Of a DNA stretch of 64,000 bases, positions 8,700-18,888 are shown piece after piece. The notes below the pieces were generated by a model that was given only the letters and a program-made list of their open reading frames with translations, was not told where the DNA came from and searched no databases. Made by a program: the position numbers and the translations under genes. This DNA comes from Armatimonadota bacterium (GTDB lineage Bacteria > Armatimonadota > SYMT01): the NCBI GenBank assembly GCA_046292385.1, contig JBKBRF010000019.1, positions 1-64,000 on the forward strand, in the 5' to 3' direction. Each line of letters starts with the position of its first letter. The stretch's first letter is position 1.

Positions 8700-9932
8700 A
8701 TGAGCATCGACGTGGATAATCGCAAGGTCGTCCTTCTCAAGAGCCTTCGGACCAACAACCGCTTCTACGCGCTGGTCGATCCAGACAGCGGGATGAAGAA
8801 CGCGGACGCGATTGCGGAATTCCCCCCGGATCTGCTTCTCGGCATCGCTTATCCCTGCCTCGAGGACGGTCTCAACGACTTCGCCGTCATCCGGACCACC
8901 TTCGAGACGATCGACGTATTCCCGGACGACGACGAGCTGCGCGCGGAGATGCTGACGATCATCGACGACGCCCGCGGCAAGATGATCGCCCGCCTGGAAG
9001 AGCTGCGAGACCGGATCGTCTGCGGCCAGGCCCACTTCCTGGGGACCGACCTGAACGAGTTCAAGCAGCACGCGGTCCACATGGCGACGAAGGGCACCAT
9101 CCGCCGCCAGCTCGACAGCATGATGAAGGTCGACGTCTTCGAGTCGGTCGCCAAGACGGAAGCGGCGCTCTCCGGCGGCGGGTCGGAGCCGATGTTCCGC
9201 TACCAGTTCCTGCCGGAGCACAGCCTCGCCACGATCGGCGAGCTGCCGCCGCGCGTCTTCATCGGCCGGCTGTTCGATGACATCCTCGACTCGGTCAACC
9301 AGAACGAGAACTACCAGAACAAGTACGTCTTCGACCGGAACGTCTTCCAGAAGTTCATCGCGGTGATGTTCGTCAACTACGCGACGACCGACCCGATGTT
9401 CTACGGCACCAGCCGCGACGACTACGGGGTCTCGTCCGAGAAGGACATGCAGACCACGCCGCTCTACGTAGCGGTCAAGAAGGCGCTGCAAGACCTGGAG
9501 CAGGAGGTGCGGGACGGGAGCATCCAGCTCACCGCGGCGCCCACCCGCGAGGGGGCTCCGGTAGAGCCGGCCGGGGTCGCCGCTTCTTCCGCCGGCGCGC
9601 CGCCGGCCGCCGCGGCGGCCCCGGAAGCCGCGCCCGCCGAAGGGGATCTGAGCTTTCTCTTCGACGAGCAGGAAGACGACTTCACCCGCTCGCTCCGCGA
9701 AGCAGGACATACGGTGGAGCTGCCGTTCGGAGCGGGCGAGCGGATGCTACTGGAGCCGCTGACCCGGCTCGCCGACGCGCTGCGGCTGCTGGGCCACCTG
9801 GACAACCCCCGGGTCAACGAGGCGCGGAAGCTCGCCGCGGAAGCGGGCCAGCAGGTTTTCCAGGGTCTGAAGGAGCTGCGGATCATCTCCCCGCTCGCCA
9901 GCGACCCCCTGGAAGATTTCAACCACGACTGA
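8700..9932 (+). CDS. Hypothetical cytoplasmic protein (410 aa), no family recognised
   Basis: Strong GC3 codon bias, globular N-terminal part of about 275 aa, Ala/Pro linker, short helical C-terminal domain. Confidence 0.8.
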   Translation: MSIDVDNRKVVLLKSLRTNNRFYALVDPDSGMKNADAIAEFPPDLLLGIAYPCLEDGLNDFAVIRTTFETIDVFPDDDELRAEMLTIIDDARGKMIARLEELRDRIVCGQAHFLGTDLNEFKQHAVHMATKGTIRRQLDSMMKVDVFESVAKTEAALSGGGSEPMFRYQFLPEHSLATIGELPPRVFIGRLFDDILDSVNQNENYQNKYVFDRNVFQKFIAVMFVNYATTDPMFYGTSRDDYGVSSEKDMQTTPLYVAVKKALQDLEQEVRDGSIQLTAAPTREGAPVEPAGVAASSAGAPPAAAAAPEAAPAEGDLSFLFDEQEDDFTRSLREAGHTVELPFGAGERMLLEPLTRLADALRLLGHLDNPRVNEARKLAAEAGQQVFQGLKELRIISPLASDPLEDFNHD

Positions 9933-9951
9933 GCGTCCCCTGCCGCTCGGG

Positions 9952-10998
9952 TCAGGCCATGCAGGCGACCTCCCGGTTTGACAGGGCGCTCCCGTAGAGC
10001 CGCCGGTACTCCACCTTGCGCTCGATCGCGTCGACGACCGTTTCGGCAAACGGTGTGTCGTTCAGGGTGCTGGCGGAGTAGAGCCCGCCCGGACTGATGA
10101 CGTTGATCTCCATCAGCTTCTGCCCCGCGATATCCAGCCCGACCAGGAACGCGCCGTCTCGCACCAGCAGCGGACCTACCGCTTCCGCCAGGTGAAGCAG
10201 CTCCGGAGAGACCTCCTCCCGCTCCGGGTGGCCGCCGGCGGTCATGTTGCTGCGGAGGTCGTCGCCCTGGTTGACCCGCCGGAAGAGCGCGATCTTTCCA
10301 TCCCGCTCCAGCGGCTTTCCGTTCAGCATGAACAGCCGCACGTCTCCCGCCGCCGCCGCCGGAAGATACTCCTGCGCCAGCACGTAGCCGGAGCGGGTCA
10401 CCGCTTCCACCATCTGGTTCAGGTTCGTCCGGTCGTTCTTGAGCAGGAACACGTCCGACCCGCCGAATCCCTGGAGCGGCTTGATGACCGCCTTATGACC
10501 GCATCCTTCCCAGAAGCGGAGGATCTCCTGGTGGTCCCGCGTGATCAGCGTCTTCGGCCGGACCGATTCCGGGAGCTGCTGGAAATAGAGCTTGTCGATG
10601 TTGTTCCAGAGCGAGACCGGATCCGGCAGCACCAGCACCCCGTCCCGCTCCGCAAGCTGCGCGAACCCGATCGGCGCGATCTGGGCCCAGGGCCGCTCTT
10701 CCAGCTCATCGACCGGGTTGTAGCGGATGAACAGGACGTCGAGGTCGCGGGAGGAGATCGTCACCCGCTTTGCGTCCCGCTCCTTCAGCGCGGCGGTGAA
10801 GTCGTCCACCCGGCGCGGCGGCTTCCGGGCGGGCTGGATCGCCTGGCCGCCGACGCTGCCGTCCGGGAAGTAGGTAAAGCAGTCGACTTCCAGCACGAAC
10901 ACCTCGTGGCCGCGCCGCTGGGCGGTCCAGGCCAGGAGCATGGTCGTGTAGCGGGGCTGCTCCGTCTGGATGCCGTTGATCACGAAGGCGATCCGCAT
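9952..10998 (-). CDS. Glutathione synthase-like ATP-grasp ligase
   Basis: VIKPLQGFGGSDVF, AQEYLP, GDVRLFML, DLRSN and GLDIAG..LMEINVISPGG motifs of the GshB/RimK type. Confidence 0.85.
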   Translation of the reverse strand: MRIAFVINGIQTEQPRYTTMLLAWTAQRRGHEVFVLEVDCFTYFPDGSVGGQAIQPARKPPRRVDDFTAALKERDAKRVTISSRDLDVLFIRYNPVDELEERPWAQIAPIGFAQLAERDGVLVLPDPVSLWNNIDKLYFQQLPESVRPKTLITRDHQEILRFWEGCGHKAVIKPLQGFGGSDVFLLKNDRTNLNQMVEAVTRSGYVLAQEYLPAAAAGDVRLFMLNGKPLERDGKIALFRRVNQGDDLRSNMTAGGHPEREEVSPELLHLAEAVGPLLVRDGAFLVGLDIAGQKLMEINVISPGGLYSASTLNDTPFAETVVDAIERKVEYRRLYGSALSNREVACMA

Positions 10999-11016
10999 GG
11001 GTCCTCCTCGCGCGTA

Positions 11017-12864
11017 TCAGTTGAGCAGGCCGAGCACCCCGGCACCATTCCGCAAGCGCTCCAGCCGCTTCCGGCCCTCCGACGATTGGAGGCACCGGGG
11101 GAGCAGCGGCGGATCGCGGACGATCTGCCGGTGGCGCAGCTCTTCGATCACCGGAACGTGTTTCAGGGCGATCTTTCCGGTGTAGAGCGGCTCGACCGGA
11201 TGCCCCGCGCGGAGGTAGGCAAGCAGGTGGAGTAAGCCACGCAGATAGATCACGTCTTTGATGAAGCCGCCGCCGGCGTAGACGCGGGTGGCGACGTCGA
11301 ACGCCGCCCGCGGCGGGAAGCCGAGGCGGCCGGTCAGCTCCCGGTAGGTCTCCGGGAGCTCGGCGCCCTCCAGCACGCGGTGCGCCGCCACCACGCGCGC
11401 GGCGAGCAACCGCATGCGCGAGGGGGTGAGACCGCCGACCAGGTACTCCGCCAGCACTCCCAGACCTTCCTGGAGCTCGTCGTAGTTGTCCAGCCCGTAC
11501 CGGAGCTGCCGGAACGGCTGGGCCCGCCCGTTGTTGAAGGTCAACACGTGGGTGCCCACCTCGTGCTGAATCAGCGCCTCCAGCCGCTCCGGCAGCAGTC
11601 GCAGTCCCCGGGGAATCAGCAGGTTTCCCTCGGAGACCATGAGTCCAACCAGATCGGAGCGGATCTCGATGCGGGAGGCAAAACCGGGATAGACCTCCCG
11701 AAACGCGGCGTACTCCGCCTCGGCGGCCCGCCGGAATGTCTCTGCGTCGACGGTCCCGTTCCCGGACGCCGCGGCCGCCGGGACCTCGCGGAGGATCGCT
11801 TCGGCGGTTTCCAGGAGCTCCGGCTCGACCCCTTCGTAGAGGCGGATGCTGCTGTAGAGGAAGCGGGCAGTGCCGCGCTCCGCGAGCATCGTAATCTGGA
11901 TATCCAGCTCCTCCCGCTTCTCGCGGAACATCTGCGCCAGCACCGGATCGTCCACCCGGTCGAGGTCGATCTCATAGAGACGACGCTTGAGTGCGTCGGG
12001 ATCGACCGGCAGCAGGCGGTAGTGGAAGTGGGGAGGGGCGGAGCAGCCGCCGCTGCGGAACTGCTCCCACGCCTGGTCCGGGTTGACCGGTAGCACGAGC
12101 AGCAAGAACTGGAACGACGCCTCGATCTGGGCCAGCCGCCGGTCGATGTGCCGCTCTGCGGCCCCGATCGACCGGCGGCCGAGCGCGTAGGCGCTGGTGA
12201 GGTCGCAGGTGGTCTGAACGCGGATGAAGTCGTAGAAGGCCTGGCGCAGCGCCCGGGAGATCAGCGGCTGGGCCCGCCGGTAGAAGACGGGGAAGAAGGT
12301 CCGGCTTTCCGGCTCGTGAAAGAGCGGCGGCACCTCCAGGCCGAGGGTGAGCACCCCCAGCTCCGCCTGCTGCTCCGCAGTCAGCACGGAGGCGAGTCCT
12401 GAAGGTGCGGTCCGCTCCGCCACGTCCACCCCACCGTGAAGGCTCTGCAGCTTCTTCAGCCCCACGTTCAGCTTCTCTACCGTGGAGTGCGCCGCGCCGC
12501 CTGGGGAGTTGATAACGAACGCCGTCTCGCGCGGCTCCCCCGGCCGCAGCTCCAACAGCAGAAAGGCACGGTACTCTTCCGTCAACAGCTCGGCCAGGCT
12601 GGCGACCAGCTTCCGTACGCCGGACGCGAGCGCCGGATCGTCTGGCGCGACCAGGTAGCACGACTCGCTGGCGGCGAGGCGAAAGAGCACCGGGTCCGGC
12701 GCCTCTCCAGCGAAGCGGTAGAGCACCAGGTACGGCAGCTTGCGGTCGATGCTAAGCCGGCCGCCACGCGGCAGGCGGCGATGGACGCGCCGTCCACGAC
12801 GGACCGCTTCCGTCACGCGCCGGACCAGCGCATCGGAGATCTCGACTGCGAGTTCGGGAGCCAT
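11017..12864 (-). CDS. QEGLA-motif (DUF1704, MATCAP-like) zinc carboxypeptidase
   Basis: HEVGTH (HExxxH), ELQEGLG and GGFIKDVIYLRG motifs. Confidence 0.85.
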   Translation of the reverse strand: MAPELAVEISDALVRRVTEAVRRGRRVHRRLPRGGRLSIDRKLPYLVLYRFAGEAPDPVLFRLAASESCYLVAPDDPALASGVRKLVASLAELLTEEYRAFLLLELRPGEPRETAFVINSPGGAAHSTVEKLNVGLKKLQSLHGGVDVAERTAPSGLASVLTAEQQAELGVLTLGLEVPPLFHEPESRTFFPVFYRRAQPLISRALRQAFYDFIRVQTTCDLTSAYALGRRSIGAAERHIDRRLAQIEASFQFLLLVLPVNPDQAWEQFRSGGCSAPPHFHYRLLPVDPDALKRRLYEIDLDRVDDPVLAQMFREKREELDIQITMLAERGTARFLYSSIRLYEGVEPELLETAEAILREVPAAAASGNGTVDAETFRRAAEAEYAAFREVYPGFASRIEIRSDLVGLMVSEGNLLIPRGLRLLPERLEALIQHEVGTHVLTFNNGRAQPFRQLRYGLDNYDELQEGLGVLAEYLVGGLTPSRMRLLAARVVAAHRVLEGAELPETYRELTGRLGFPPRAAFDVATRVYAGGGFIKDVIYLRGLLHLLAYLRAGHPVEPLYTGKIALKHVPVIEELRHRQIVRDPPLLPRCLQSSEGRKRLERLRNGAGVLGLLN

Positions 12865-12946
12865 TCAGGGGTGTGCCTTGCCCCTGGTATTGCACCCTGC
12901 CCTCCGAACGAAACGGCCCGGTGTGAGCGGTGGTGTCCCGGCCGAA

Positions 12947-12987
12947 GCAGAGACGGCAGGCTCCGAACCCGGGCCTGCCGTCTCTGC
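12947..12987. terminator. 15-bp stem hairpin with CCGAACC in the loop; likely terminator of the methyltransferase operon
   Basis: GCAGAGACGGCAGGC / GCCTGCCGTCTCTGC; no clear U-tract. Confidence 0.55.
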
Positions 12988-13008
12988 CTCCAGTTAAAGA
13001 GAGGCCTC

Positions 13009-14256
13009 TCAGACCTGGGTTGGTTGAGAGACCACCCAGACATTCGGGATCGGGATGATGAACCGGCCGCCGCGCTGCAGGTACTCCTGCTGCTGCCGCA
13101 GGATCTCGTCCGCGAAGTTCCAGGTCAGCAGCAGCACGTAGTCCGGCTGGTCTTCCACCAGCCGCTCCGGCGCGTGGATCGGCAGGTGATACCCGGGAGT
13201 GTAGCGGCCCTGCTTGTGCGGGCTGCGGTCGACCGCGTACTCCAGCGTGCCCGCGCCGATTCCGAGCGAGTGGAGGAGGGTGTTGCCCTTGGCGGAGGCG
13301 CCGTAAACGGCGACCCGCTTCTCTTCCGCCTGGAGCTGTCCCAGCAGCATGCGGAGTTCGCCGCAGAGCGACTCGACGCCCGCCGCGAATCGGGTGTAGG
13401 CCGGGATGTCGCTCACGCCCCAGGCCGCTTCCTCCGCCAGGAGCGCCTCGACGCGGGGGCGGTCGCCCTCCTCGCCGGCGTGGGCCACGGTGACCCGCAG
13501 CGAGCCGCCGTGCAGCGGAATCCACTCCACGTCCGCGGCGGCCAGCCCGTGGCGGCGGTAGAGCTGCTCCAGCGCGGTGAGCGAGTAGTAGAAGAGATGC
13601 TCGTGGTAGATGGTGTCGAACTCCAGGTGCTCCAGGAGGTCCTTCACGTACGGCGTCTCCATCACGAAGACTCCGCCCCGCTTCAGAAGCGCCTTGACGC
13701 CGGCGACGACGCCGTTGATGTCCGGCACGTGCGCCATCACATTGTTCGCCAGGATCACGTCCGCGCCGCGGCCGGACGCCGCCAGCTCTCGCGCCAGCTC
13801 CCGCCCGAAGAACTCGGTCACCGTGTCTACCCCGGCGGCGATAGCTGTCTGAGCGACGTTGCGCGCCGGCTCGATTCCGAGCACCGGCACGCCCGCGGCC
13901 ACGAAGTTCCGCAGCAGGTAGCCGTCGTTGCTGGCGATCTCCACCACCAGGCTCTCCGGACCCAGCGCCCGCTCTCGCGTGAGCTGCTCCGCCACCTCGC
14001 GCGCATGGGCGAGCATGGTGTCGGAGTAGGACGAGAAGTAGACGTAGTCCCGGAAGAGGATCTCCGGCGGGACTGTCTCCGTGATCTGGACCAGGGAGCA
14101 GCCGCGGCAGAGGACCAGGTCGAGCGGGAAGCTCGGCTCCGGCAGCGGGAGCTGTTCCGCGGTGAGCAGCGAGTTGGCAAGCGGCGTCTCGCCCAGGTTC
14201 AGGATCACGGGCAGGTCGGTCGCGCCGCACGACCGGCATTCGGTAATTCGACTCAC
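13009..14256 (-). CDS. NDP-hexose C-methyltransferase (zinc-binding N-terminus, class I SAM)
   Basis: CRSC..CRGC zinc motif, [27 protein letters not shown] and [13 protein letters not shown] start overlaps the upstream stop. Confidence 0.92.
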   Translation of the reverse strand: MSRITECRSCGATDLPVILNLGETPLANSLLTAEQLPLPEPSFPLDLVLCRGCSLVQITETVPPEILFRDYVYFSSYSDTMLAHAREVAEQLTRERALGPESLVVEIASNDGYLLRNFVAAGVPVLGIEPARNVAQTAIAAGVDTVTEFFGRELARELAASGRGADVILANNVMAHVPDINGVVAGVKALLKRGGVFVMETPYVKDLLEHLEFDTIYHEHLFYYSLTALEQLYRRHGLAAADVEWIPLHGGSLRVTVAHAGEEGDRPRVEALLAEEAAWGVSDIPAYTRFAAGVESLCGELRMLLGQLQAEEKRVAVYGASAKGNTLLHSLGIGAGTLEYAVDRSPHKQGRYTPGYHLPIHAPERLVEDQPDYVLLLTWNFADEILRQQQEYLQRGGRFIIPIPNVWVVSQPTQV

Positions 14257-15242
14257 TGGCGTTCTCCCAGGAAGGCCCCGTACCACTCGATCGTCCGCAC
14301 CAGCCCCTCCCGGAGCGAGAAGCGCGGCTGCCACTGCAGCTCCCGCATGGCGCGAGAGGGGTCGAGGTACTGGTGGGGGATCTCGTTCGAGGCGGTGGCG
14401 CGGACGTCCGGCGCCAGGTCCTCCCGGCCGCAGAGGGAGAGGATCTCCCGGACCAGCTCCAGCACGGAGACCGGCTGCCGGTGGCCGAAGTTGAAGGCGG
14501 CTCCCGCCAGCTCGCGCCGCTCCGCCAGCGCTTCGGCGAGCGTGACGTACGCGGACGCGCCGTCTTCCGCGTAGAGGTAGTCGCGGAGACAGCTTCCGTC
14601 GCTGCGGATGATCGGCCGCTCCCCGGACAGGACGGAGCGGATTGTCCCCGGCACCAGCCGGTTCCAGTTCAGGTCGCCGCCGCCGTAGAAGTTGCCGCAG
14701 CGCGTGATCGCCACCGGCAGGCCGTAGGTGACGGCGTACGAGTGCGCGATCAGGTCCGAGCACGACTTGCTGACGTCGTACGGGTGCCGCCCCTGGAGCG
14801 GCGTGTCCTCGTTGTACGGCAGGTTCTCGTGAGTGCCGTACGCCTTGTCGGACGAGGCGGCAACGATCTGGCGGACCGCCGGGCTGCGCCGGCACGCCTC
14901 CAGGATCGACCAGGTGCCCCGGATGTTCGATTCGAAGGTCGACACCGGATTGCGGTTGGCGATTCCCACAATCGTCTGGGCCGCCAGATGGAAGACGGTG
15001 TCGATCTCGTGCTCGCCGAGCACCCGCTCCATCGCCGCCTGGTCCGCCACGTCTCCCGTTACTGTCTTGACGCGCTCGACCATGCCGGTCGTGACGAGCT
15101 GGCTCTGCGGCACGCGGTCGCGCACCAGGCAGACGACGTCGGCGCCTGCTTCCAGTAGCTGCCGCACCAACCATCCGCCGAGCAGCCCGGTGGCCCCGGT
15201 GACCAGCGTCGGGCGGTCACGCCAGAAGCCCGAATTCCTCAT
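14253..15242 (-). CDS. NAD-dependent sugar epimerase/dehydratase (CDP-glucose 4,6-dehydratase-like)
   Basis: [25 protein letters not shown] and [10 protein letters not shown] motifs. Confidence 0.88.
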   Translation of the reverse strand: MRNSGFWRDRPTLVTGATGLLGGWLVRQLLEAGADVVCLVRDRVPQSQLVTTGMVERVKTVTGDVADQAAMERVLGEHEIDTVFHLAAQTIVGIANRNPVSTFESNIRGTWSILEACRRSPAVRQIVAASSDKAYGTHENLPYNEDTPLQGRHPYDVSKSCSDLIAHSYAVTYGLPVAITRCGNFYGGGDLNWNRLVPGTIRSVLSGERPIIRSDGSCLRDYLYAEDGASAYVTLAEALAERRELAGAAFNFGHRQPVSVLELVREILSLCGREDLAPDVRATASNEIPHQYLDPSRAMRELQWQPRFSLREGLVRTIEWYGAFLGERQ

Positions 15243-15424
15243 TCAGATTCCTCCCCTCGGCCGCTCTCGGCCGCCCTTTCACGTGCCGGGTGGGGGAGGC
15301 CCGTGCAAGCGGCGAGAGGAGGAGCGAACGGGCTCGGACGAGATGCACGCCGCGCCGCCGGAGAGCATCTCCGTAGGCGACGCCGGGTCTGCGCCGCTGG
15401 GGGCCGGCCGGCGAGAGGAGCGCG

Positions 15425-16336
15425 ATGGATACTGCAACCTCGGTCAAGATAGAGGCGCGCGGGGCCGCCGAGGCGCCGGCCCGGGTAGGCCCGGGTGCGC
15501 CCGACGACACGGAAACCGGCTGGCGCTACTTCCAGGCGCAGCGGGGCTGGAGCGCGGTCAACTGGGCGGAGCTGTGGCGCTACCGGGAGCTGCTCTACTT
15601 CTTCGTCTGGCGCGACGTAAAGGTGCGCTACAAGCAGACGGCGCTCGGCGTGGCGTGGGCGATCCTGCAGCCGGTGCTGACGATGATCGTCTTCTCCTTT
15701 TTCTTCGGCAAGGTGGCGGGGCTCAGCAGCTCCACCGGCTCGATCCCGTACCCGCTCTACGTCTTCTCCGGGCTGCTGCCCTGGCTCTTCTTCGCGACGG
15801 CGGTGGGGCACAGCGGGGAGTCGATCCTCAACAGCGCGCGCCTGATCACCAAAGTCTACTTCCCGCGGCTCAGCGTGCCGGTCGCCTCGGTCGGCGCGGC
15901 GCTGATCGATCTCGCCGTCTCTTGCAGCGTGCTGGTGGTGCTGATGCTCACCTACGGCATTACCCCGGGGCCGCAGCTCCTGATCCTGCCGGTCCTGCTG
16001 GCCGGGCTGGTGCTGGCCGCCACCGGGGTCGGCACGCTGCTGGCGAGCCTTTCCGTGGTTTACCGCGACTTCAAGTACGTCATCCCGTTCACCCTGCAGA
16101 TCTGGATGTTCGTCACCCCGATCATCTACCCCGCCTCGCTGGTGCCGGAGAAGTGGCGCTGGGTGCTGCTGATCAACCCGATGGCCGGCCTGATCGGCGG
16201 CTTCCGCTCCGCGCTGCTGGGGGAGCCGTTCCAGTGGGGTCCGCTGGCGCTCTCGCTGGGGATCGCGCTGGGGCTCTTCCTGGGCGGCGCGCACTACTTC
16301 CGCTCCCTGGAGCGCCGCTTCGCGGACATCATCTAG
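15425..16336 (+). CDS. wzm: Polysaccharide ABC transporter permease
   Basis: RDVKVRYKQTALGVAWAILQP, LITKVYFPR and ERRFADII motifs. Confidence 0.93.
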   Translation: MDTATSVKIEARGAAEAPARVGPGAPDDTETGWRYFQAQRGWSAVNWAELWRYRELLYFFVWRDVKVRYKQTALGVAWAILQPVLTMIVFSFFFGKVAGLSSSTGSIPYPLYVFSGLLPWLFFATAVGHSGESILNSARLITKVYFPRLSVPVASVGAALIDLAVSCSVLVVLMLTYGITPGPQLLILPVLLAGLVLAATGVGTLLASLSVVYRDFKYVIPFTLQIWMFVTPIIYPASLVPEKWRWVLLINPMAGLIGGFRSALLGEPFQWGPLALSLGIALGLFLGGAHYFRSLERRFADII

Positions 16337-16377
16337 ACCGCGCCGACCCGGCGCTGCCGGCGGCGGACGAGACCACT

Positions 16378-17664
16378 ATGAGCAAACGCGTGATTCGGGT
16401 AGAGCAGCTCTCCAAGCGGTACCAGCTCGGCGGACGGGAGGGGCCGTACCGGACGCTGCGCGAGACGATCTCCGGCCTGGCAACGAGTCCGCTGCGGCGG
16501 TTCCGCCGCCGGAGCCCCGGGGAGAAGGCGGACCGGGAGCTCTGGGCGCTGAAGGAGGTCTCGTTCGAGGTCCGGGAAGGCGAGGTGCTCGGCATCATCG
16601 GCCGCAACGGCTCCGGCAAGAGCACGCTGCTCAAGGTGATGTCGCGGATCACCGAGCCGACCACCGGCCGCGTGGGGGTGCGGGGCCGCGTGGCGAGCTT
16701 GCTGGAAGTCGGCACCGGCTTTCATCCGGAGCTGACCGGGCGGGAGAACATCTACCTGAACGGGGCGATCCTGGGGATGTCGCGCCAGGAGATCCAGCGG
16801 AAGTTCGACGAGATCGTCAGCTTCGCGGAGATCGAGCAGTTCCTCGACACGCCGGTCAAGCGCTACTCCAGCGGGATGTACACCCGGCTCGCCTTCGCGG
16901 TGGCGGCGCACCTGGAGCCGGAGATCCTGGTGATCGACGAGGTGCTCGCCGTCGGCGACGCCAGCTTCCAGCGGAAGTGCCTGAACAAGATGCAGGACGT
17001 GGGCCAGGAAGGGCGGACCGTCCTCTTCGTCTCCCACAACATGCCGGCGGTGACGCGCCTCTGCCCGCGGGCGGTGCTGCTGAACCACGGGAAGCTGCTC
17101 GACGACGGGCCGTCGTCGCGAGTCGTCACCGCCTACCTCAACTCCGGGCTGGGGACGACGGCCATCCGCCGGTGGGACGACCCGGCGACCGCACCCGGCA
17201 ATGAAGTCGCGCGGATCTGCTCCGCTCGGGTCCGGACGGAGGACTCGGACGCCGCCGACGCGATCGACATCCGCCGCCCGGTCGCCATCGAGATGGAGTA
17301 CGAGGTGCTGCAGGACGGGCACGTGCTGGTGCCGCACTTCAGCTTCCACAACGAGGAAGGCATCCTGCTCTTCGTCTCCGTCGACCAGGATCTCGAGTGG
17401 CGGGGCCGACCGAAGCGCCCCGGCCGCTACTCCAGCACCGCCTGGGTCCCCGGCAACTTCCTGGCGGAGGGGACGGTGATCGTCGGGACCGCCCTCACGA
17501 CACACCAGCCGTTCAGCGTGCACTTCTACGAGCGAGACGCCGTGGCGTTCCAGGTGATCGACAGCCCGGACGGCGACTCGGCGCGCGCGGACTATTCCGG
17601 CCACTATCCCGGGCTGGTGCGCCCCAGGCTGCAGTGGGAGACGCAGGCCTCGGGTCGAGCGTAG
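16378..17664 (+). CDS. wzt: Polysaccharide ABC transporter ATPase with Wzt C-terminal domain
   Basis: GRNGSGKST, YSSGM and IDEVLAVGD motifs, plus a C-terminal extension. Confidence 0.93.
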   Translation: MSKRVIRVEQLSKRYQLGGREGPYRTLRETISGLATSPLRRFRRRSPGEKADRELWALKEVSFEVREGEVLGIIGRNGSGKSTLLKVMSRITEPTTGRVGVRGRVASLLEVGTGFHPELTGRENIYLNGAILGMSRQEIQRKFDEIVSFAEIEQFLDTPVKRYSSGMYTRLAFAVAAHLEPEILVIDEVLAVGDASFQRKCLNKMQDVGQEGRTVLFVSHNMPAVTRLCPRAVLLNHGKLLDDGPSSRVVTAYLNSGLGTTAIRRWDDPATAPGNEVARICSARVRTEDSDAADAIDIRRPVAIEMEYEVLQDGHVLVPHFSFHNEEGILLFVSVDQDLEWRGRPKRPGRYSSTAWVPGNFLAEGTVIVGTALTTHQPFSVHFYERDAVAFQVIDSPDGDSARADYSGHYPGLVRPRLQWETQASGRA

Positions 17665-17695
17665 CCCGCGGGGACTCCGAGAAGAGGGGGGAGCA

Positions 17696-18064
17696 ATGGA
17701 GCTCCGGATCGAGCGATGGGACCACGCGGGGAGGCTGGTGGAGCTGCGGCTGGAGGGCCGGCTCGACCGCCTGGGAAGCGCCTACCTGGCGGCGCGCCTG
17801 CGGGACGCGCTGCGGGGACCGCTGCCCGCCGCGGTGGCGGTGAACCTGGACCAGGTGGCGTGCCTCGACGCCGTGGGCATGGAGGGGCTGCTCCAGGCGG
17901 CGCGGATCGCCGCCGAAGGGGGATGCCGGCTGGTCCTGGTGATCCAGGACACGCGGGTCCGCGGGCTGCTGGAGGGGGTCGGCCTGACCAAGCTGCTCGT
18001 CGTTTTGCCGGACCTGCAGGGGGTACTGGCGGGCTGCTGCCCCACGGCGGCGACTGCCGCCTGA
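17696..18064 (+). CDS. STAS-domain protein (anti-sigma-factor antagonist-like)
   Basis: LEGRLD, VNLDQVACLDAVGM and VRGLLEGVGL STAS pattern; SD GGAG. Confidence 0.75.
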   Translation: MELRIERWDHAGRLVELRLEGRLDRLGSAYLAARLRDALRGPLPAAVAVNLDQVACLDAVGMEGLLQAARIAAEGGCRLVLVIQDTRVRGLLEGVGLTKLLVVLPDLQGVLAGCCPTAATAA

Positions 18065-18110
18065 TCGTTATGGCACCGGCGCCGCTCGTGAGCCGGGGAG
18101 GAGTGTCGCG

Positions 18111-18884
18111 ATGAAAGCCGTGATCCTGGCGGGAGGCTACGGGACCCGCCTTTCCGAAGAGACCGCGCTCCGGCCGAAGCCGATGGTGGAGATCGGCGGC
18201 CGGCCGATGCTGTGGCACATCATGAACGTCTATGCCGCGCACGGCATCGAAGAGTTCGTGGTTGCCGCGGGCTACAAGGCGGAAGTGATCAAGCAGTACT
18301 TCCTGAACTTCTACGCCATCAACAACGACGTCACGATCGACCTGACCCGCGGCGAGACGAAGATCCACGACGGCAAGCAGCCGCGGTGGCGGGTCCACGT
18401 CTGCGATACCGGCCTGAACACCCAGACCGGCGGGCGCATCCGCCGGCTGCGGGACTGGCTCCAGGAGGACGAGCTCTTCCTGCTCACCTACGGCGACTGC
18501 CTCGCCGACCTGGACATCCGCGCCCTGCTCGACTTCCACCGCTCGCACGGCAAGCTGGCCACCCTCACGGCGGTGCTGCCCCCTGCGCGGTTCGGCCGCT
18601 TGAGCTTCGAGGGGGACCGGATCACCACCTTTATGGAGAAGCCGGTCCACGGCGAGGGCTGGATCAACGGCGGCTACTTCGTGCTCCACCGGAGCGTGAT
18701 CGACTACATCGACGGCGACGACACGATCTGGGAGCGGGACCCGCTGGAGCGGCTGGTGAGGGACGGCGAGCTGATGGGCTACCAGCATCGCGGGTTCTGG
18801 TCGCCGATGGACACGCTCCGGGAGAAGAACAGCCTGGAGGAGATCTGGGCCAGCGGGCGCGCGCCCTGGAAGTGCTGGAAGTAA
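18111..18884 (+). CDS. rfbF: Glucose-1-phosphate cytidylyltransferase
   Basis: LAGGYGTRLSEET..PKPMVEIG, TQTGGR, WINGGYF and FWSPMDTLREK motifs. Confidence 0.95.
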   Translation: MKAVILAGGYGTRLSEETALRPKPMVEIGGRPMLWHIMNVYAAHGIEEFVVAAGYKAEVIKQYFLNFYAINNDVTIDLTRGETKIHDGKQPRWRVHVCDTGLNTQTGGRIRRLRDWLQEDELFLLTYGDCLADLDIRALLDFHRSHGKLATLTAVLPPARFGRLSFEGDRITTFMEKPVHGEGWINGGYFVLHRSVIDYIDGDDTIWERDPLERLVRDGELMGYQHRGFWSPMDTLREKNSLEEIWASGRAPWKCWK

Positions 18885-18888
18885 GGCG

